Positions 60,082-64,000 of a stretch of DNA of 64,000 nt are shown here, one piece after another (positions within the stretch are counted from its first letter, which is position 1; each line of letters begins with the position of its first letter). This DNA comes from Oscillospiraceae bacterium (lineage in GTDB: Bacteria > Bacillota > Clostridia > Oscillospirales > Acutalibacteraceae), in the NCBI GenBank assembly GCA_036652055.1, contig JAVVWP010000004.1, positions 14,100 to 78,099 of the forward strand, read 5' to 3'. A program made the position numbers and the translations under genes. The notes beneath the pieces were generated by a model. That model was not told the origin of the DNA. It did not search any database and saw only the letters and a program-made list of their open reading frames with translations.

Positions 60082-60915
60082 CTATTCCTCAAGTGGAGCT
60101 TCAAAAGTCATCGTTTCATAGTTAATTTTGTTGTAAATTTCTAAAAGTTTGTTGTTTATATCAATATTTGGACTATATGTCACCGAATCTATAATAGCAA
60201 ATTTATTCGTTAGCAAAGCTGTTTTTCCATTATACATAATCGAAATATCATTTTCGCTTGGATTATAATCGTCAGTTGAAATTTCTTTTTGTTTGAAGTT
60301 TTCAGCAGCTATTAGTGGCAAAACTTCATTTATTACTTTTTCATCTGGAATAAGTTTATAATTGTTTTTACCTTTTGACATTATCATTGATTTATCTACA
60401 ATTGCCGAAAGATTATCTTCACTAACGCTTAGCTCTGCCTTTGCATCTTTAACAAAATAGTCACGACTCATCTCAAACATATAAATTCTAAAGGAATTGT
60501 CACTCTCGCCACCTGTTTTTAGAATTCCAGAAATCGAAAAAAGCTTGTCTTTATAATCAATTTTATCGAAAGTTAACGCTTCATTGGTTGTGTGATAACG
60601 CTTTATCATAAGCACATAATTTGATTTAAAAAACTCATCATTATAGACTTTTATCTTGTCATTAAACGAGCCATTAGCACCCATTGTATCTAACGAGCAA
60701 ATTTTTGACATCTTTTCAGAATAATTTTTAAGTTCTTTTTCACTTGTAATAAAATCGTATTCCAACTCTTTGTTTGTGTCATCAATTATTTCACATTTGA
60801 CATTTGAACTTTTAAAGACGACCTTGTCAAAAACTTTTTTTTGCTCTGCATTTGAGCATCCAAAAAGCATAAAAAGCATTAGAAAAGTAATTGTTAAGGA
60901 CAAAATTTTTTTCAT
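60082..60915 (-). CDS. hypothetical lipoprotein (277 aa)
   Basis: Signal peptide with lipobox MKKILSLTITFLMLFMLFG-C, and a GAGG SD. No catalytic motif recognised. Confidence 0.65.
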   Translation of the reverse strand: MKKILSLTITFLMLFMLFGCSNAEQKKVFDKVVFKSSNVKCEIIDDTNKELEYDFITSEKELKNYSEKMSKICSLDTMGANGSFNDKIKVYNDEFFKSNYVLMIKRYHTTNEALTFDKIDYKDKLFSISGILKTGGESDNSFRIYMFEMSRDYFVKDAKAELSVSEDNLSAIVDKSMIMSKGKNNYKLIPDEKVINEVLPLIAAENFKQKEISTDDYNPSENDISIMYNGKTALLTNKFAIIDSVTYSPNIDINNKLLEIYNKINYETMTFEAPLEE

Positions 60916-60950
60916 AAATTTACCTCAAAATGTTTCATAATCAAAAAAAC

Positions 60951-60975
60951 GACCGCCGTGAACACCACAGCGGTC
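60951..60975 (-). terminator. rho-independent terminator after the small P-loop gene
   Basis: GACCGCTGTG-gtgtt-CACGGCGGTC (minus strand) followed by GTTTTTTT. Confidence 0.82.
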
Positions 60976-60983
60976 TTCTTAAA

Positions 60984-61403
60984 TCAATTGATTTGTTCGC
61001 AATATGAGAACATTCTTTGTGGAAGATTCTCAAGGTCTGTGGATATTGTAAAAGTAAACTTAGTATCAGATGCTTTAGAAATTTCATCAAGCTTTTTAAG
61101 GAAATCTGCAAGAGTTTCATAATCTCTGCCACCAATTTTAAAGGTAGCATCAACCAAAATGTCTGTAATATCATGGTCGCCGGCACATATACCGCTTAAA
61201 AATCCATAAAACGCATCAAAGCCAGTTACTGAATAATTATCGGTTGCAACAAGTCTTGCACGAGATGAAACATCATATGTAAGCTTTGTTTCTTTTTCAA
61301 CACAGATAACATGCCCATTTGATTTTTCAACCGCTTCGTTAACTTTGTCTACTAAGAGTTTTGTTTTTCCTGAGCCTTTGTGTCCAATTATAAGAGATAT
61401 CAT
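60984..61403 (-). CDS. minimal P-loop NTPase (139 aa), family unknown
   Basis: Walker A GHKGSGKT at residues 7-14 and a Walker-B-like DILVDAT. AGGAGG lies 7 nt upstream of the ATG at 61403 (track start 61433). It is 49 nt downstream of pgi. Confidence 0.6.
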   Translation of the reverse strand: MISLIIGHKGSGKTKLLVDKVNEAVEKSNGHVICVEKETKLTYDVSSRARLVATDNYSVTGFDAFYGFLSGICAGDHDITDILVDATFKIGGRDYETLADFLKKLDEISKASDTKFTFTISTDLENLPQRMFSYCEQIN

Positions 61404-61452
61404 ATTATCTCCTCCTATATTTTTTATCCGCACAATGCGGGGTAAAACTAAT

Positions 61453-62793
61453 TTATAATCCGAGCCTTTTTAAAAGCTCTGCTTTTTGGCTTTCATAGCC
61501 AGGCTTTCCAAGAAGTGCAAACATATTCTTTTTGTAGCTTTCAACTCCTGGTTGATTAAAAGGATTAACTCCTAAAATATAACCTGAAATTGCACAAGCC
61601 TTTTCAAAGAAATAAACAAGGTATCCGAATTCATATTCGTCCATCTTTGGAAGTTCTAAAACTACATTTGGAACGCCACCATCAACATGCGCCAAAACCG
61701 TTCCTTCAAATGCTTTGCGATTAACAAAATCCATTGTTTGACCTGCTAAGAAATTAAGACCGTCAGCATTCACCTCATCCTCTTCAATTGTGATAACCTT
61801 TTTAGGTTTTTCGAATATAACTGCCGTTTCAAATAGCTTTCTTTCGCCATCTTGGATATATTGACCCATTGAATGAAGGTCAGTTGAAAAAACAGCCGCC
61901 GCTGGGAAAAGACCTTTATTGTCTTTACCCTCGGATTCGCCGAATAATTGTTTAAACCACTCGTTCATCATTGTATAATCAGGCTCATAAGCTACCATCA
62001 TTTCAATGGCTTTGCCTTTTCTGTAAAGAATGTTTCGAATTGCTGCATATTTATAACAATCGTTTTTATCAATATCATCATTTTGATATGCAAGGCGAGA
62101 ATCATTAGCGCCCTTCATCATTGCATCAATATCACAGCCTGCTGCTGCAATTGGTAAAAGACCAACAGCAGTTAAAACTGAATATCTACCGCCGACATCA
62201 TCAGGAACTACAAAAGTTTCAAACCCTTCTTTGTCAGAGAACTCTTTAAGCGTTCCCTTAGCTTTATCGGTTGTAACATAAATTCTTTTAGCAGCTTCAT
62301 CTTTGCCATATCTTTTTATAAGCAATTCTCTGAAAATTCTAAAGGCAACTGCTGGTTCTGTGGTTGTTCCTGATTTTGAAATAACATTGATTGAAAAATC
62401 TCTGCCATCACAAAGTGAAACAAGCTCAGAAAGTGCTGACGAGCTTATGCTGTTACCGCTGAAATAAATTTCAGGAGTATCTTTTTTTATTACATTGTAA
62501 TTTTGTGATTTGCAAAACTCAATAGCGGCACGAGCGCCCAAATAGCTACCGCCGATACCGATAACTATAAGAACCTTTGAATCTGACTGAATTTTTTTAG
62601 CAGCCTTTTTAATTCTAACAAATTCTTCTTTATCGTAATTTTCTGGTAAATCCACCCAGCCGAGGAAATCGTTTCCTGCTCCGCTCTTTTCGGTAAGAAC
62701 CTTATGAGCATTTTTCACTTCGCCTTTGATTGATTTTAATTCATTTTCATCAACAAAGCCTTTTAAATAATTTGTGTTTAAACTTACTGACAT
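61453..62793 (-). CDS. pgi: glucose-6-phosphate isomerase
   Basis: 446 aa Firmicutes-type PGI; [28 protein letters not shown] motifs. Confidence 0.92.
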   Translation of the reverse strand: MSVSLNTNYLKGFVDENELKSIKGEVKNAHKVLTEKSGAGNDFLGWVDLPENYDKEEFVRIKKAAKKIQSDSKVLIVIGIGGSYLGARAAIEFCKSQNYNVIKKDTPEIYFSGNSISSSALSELVSLCDGRDFSINVISKSGTTTEPAVAFRIFRELLIKRYGKDEAAKRIYVTTDKAKGTLKEFSDKEGFETFVVPDDVGGRYSVLTAVGLLPIAAAGCDIDAMMKGANDSRLAYQNDDIDKNDCYKYAAIRNILYRKGKAIEMMVAYEPDYTMMNEWFKQLFGESEGKDNKGLFPAAAVFSTDLHSMGQYIQDGERKLFETAVIFEKPKKVITIEEDEVNADGLNFLAGQTMDFVNRKAFEGTVLAHVDGGVPNVVLELPKMDEYEFGYLVYFFEKACAISGYILGVNPFNQPGVESYKKNMFALLGKPGYESQKAELLKRLGL

Positions 62794-62933
62794 TTTTTAA
62801 AACCCCTTTTGTTTGCTATTTATACTGAATTGCATCAATATTTAATATGCCATCTTGTATATGTTGTTACTATTCTATCCTAAATCAACGGATTTTTCAA
62901 TAACTATTTGTGAATTTTTATAAAAAATATTAA

Positions 62934-64000
62934 TTATTTACAAAGTGACAGAATTATTCTCTTAAAGCTCTCGAAAAATGTCAGTTTTAGTATCGCTTTT
63001 TCACTAACTAAATTGTATTTGTAGATTTCTTTGTCATCAAGCTTAAATATCACTGAACCTAACACCTGCCCTTTTTCAACTGGTGCTTCAACATCAACCA
63101 CTAAATCAACAACCTGTGTTATTTCTTTTTCTCTGCCCTTTTCTATTATTGTTGTAATTGCATCAGGTATATAAGGAACAAGTGTTGTTTCTGCTCCGTG
63201 AAGAACATTAACGGCAGGTATCTGCTCTTTTTCTATCATTAACTGATATGCTGAATAATTTGAAAATCCCCAATTTAGCATAGCCTTTGCTCCGTCAAAC
63301 CTGTCATTACTATTATCACTGCCCATTACAACTGCTATAAGGTGTAAATCATCACGCTTTGCAGTTGCAGACACGCAACAACCCGCCTTGCCCGTTGTGC
63401 CTGTTTTAAGCCCTGTTGTGCCTTCATAAAAGCGTACCAATTTATTTGTATTAACAAGCTCTGTTGCACCATTTCTTAGACTATCCATCCATATAGTTGA
63501 ATAATTCATAATTCTTTGATGTTTTAAAAGCTCCATTGACATAATTGCAATGTCATAAGCACTTGTTAAATGATTTGTTGCTGTATCGTCAAGACCTGTA
63601 CAATTTTCAAAATTCGTATCATTCATACCAAGCTCTTTTGCTCGTTCATTCATTCGTTTTACAAATGCTTCGTTGCTACCTGAAACAACTTCTGACAACG
63701 CATAGCACGCATCATTTGCACTTGCAACAACCGTTGCCTTTAACAGCTCGTCAACGCTCATCGTTTCGCCCTCTTTGAGCCAAATTTCAGAGCCACCCAT
63801 TTTTGACGCCGCAGTGCTTGCTGTCACTGTATCTGTAAGTGCTATTTTGCCTTGGTCAATCGCTTCTGTTATAAGAAGTAACGACATTATTTTTGTAACT
63901 GATGCTGGAAAAAGTTTATCGTGAGCATTTTTTTCCATAAGCACCGTGCCTGTGCCTGCGTCCATTAAAATTGCCGATTTAGCTTTTACCTCAACTTGCA
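62934..64000 (-). CDS. D-alanyl-D-alanine carboxypeptidase (S11 PBP5/DacB-DacF type), N-terminus beyond the window end
   Basis: SVTK (SxxK), SANDA (SxN), KTGTT (KTG). The reading frame stays open upstream of the track's Met (..QVEVKAKSAILMDAGTG..) to nt 64000. Confidence 0.85.
   Translation of the reverse strand, partial: QVEVKAKSAILMDAGTGTVLMEKNAHDKLFPASVTKIMSLLLITEAIDQGKIALTDTVTASTAASKMGGSEIWLKEGETMSVDELLKATVVASANDACYALSEVVSGSNEAFVKRMNERAKELGMNDTNFENCTGLDDTATNHLTSAYDIAIMSMELLKHQRIMNYSTIWMDSLRNGATELVNTNKLVRFYEGTTGLKTGTTGKAGCCVSATAKRDDLHLIAVVMGSDNSNDRFDGAKAMLNWGFSNYSAYQLMIEKEQIPAVNVLHGAETTLVPYIPDAITTIIEKGREKEITQVVDLVVDVEAPVEKGQVLGSVIFKLDDKEIYKYNLVSEKAILKLTFFESFKRIILSLCK

Noticed and set aside
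60941-61186. 81-aa minus-strand ORF overlapping the P-loop gene in another frame
   Set aside because: It starts inside the P-loop CDS, extends through its terminator, and has no SD. The P-loop frame carries the recognisable Walker motifs.

Overview
Low-GC Firmicutes/Clostridia-type chromosomal segment from a spore-former (spoVT, sepF-divIVA, CIRCE-groESL). I recognise about 58 protein genes and one RNA gene (RNase P RNA). I see no tRNA, rRNA, CRISPR array, transposase or integrase. From 1 to ~43.4 kb and from ~56.5 kb to the end, almost everything is minus-strand housekeeping. This block holds recD2 (partial), rnpB, a ClpE-like ATPase, pgsA, cvpA, truA, ecfA1-ecfA2-ecfT, ruvB-ruvA-ruvC (by coordinate), plus-strand groESL behind a perfect CIRCE operator, split transketolase, rluD, lspA, divIVA, sepF, yggS, miaA, mutL, mutS, miaB, tcdA, malic enzyme, pheA, trpS and a DEAD-box helicase. 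After the break come der, a DUF512 [14 protein letters not shown] protein, rpmF, yceD, pgi and a partial D-Ala-D-Ala carboxypeptidase. Between ~43.4 and ~56.5 kb the strand polarity breaks up and the content looks accessory. It includes a GH2 beta-galactosidase, a GNAT, an unassignable 711-aa TIM-barrel-like protein, DUF1232, spoVT, and a secreted GH18 (with a discoidin-like domain) abutting a membrane-anchored BNR propeller. The most unusual item is a two-gene module at 53764-56470. It encodes a 795-aa adhesin/pilin-like protein with three DUF11-type repeats but no signal peptide, sortase motif or anchor. Just upstream sits a 90-aa protein that is a paralog of the large protein's own C-terminal two-helix, Cys-terminated module. 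Non-coding items of note are a cluster of GTAG-headed GC-rich palindromes (REP-like) at 35.57-35.82 kb, a related inverted motif pair next to rnpB, and a structured GC-rich element with an orphan promoter/terminator unit at 43.59-43.77 kb. All product calls come from motif recognition by eye on the supplied translations. No database search or folding was possible, so family names are recollections to be verified.
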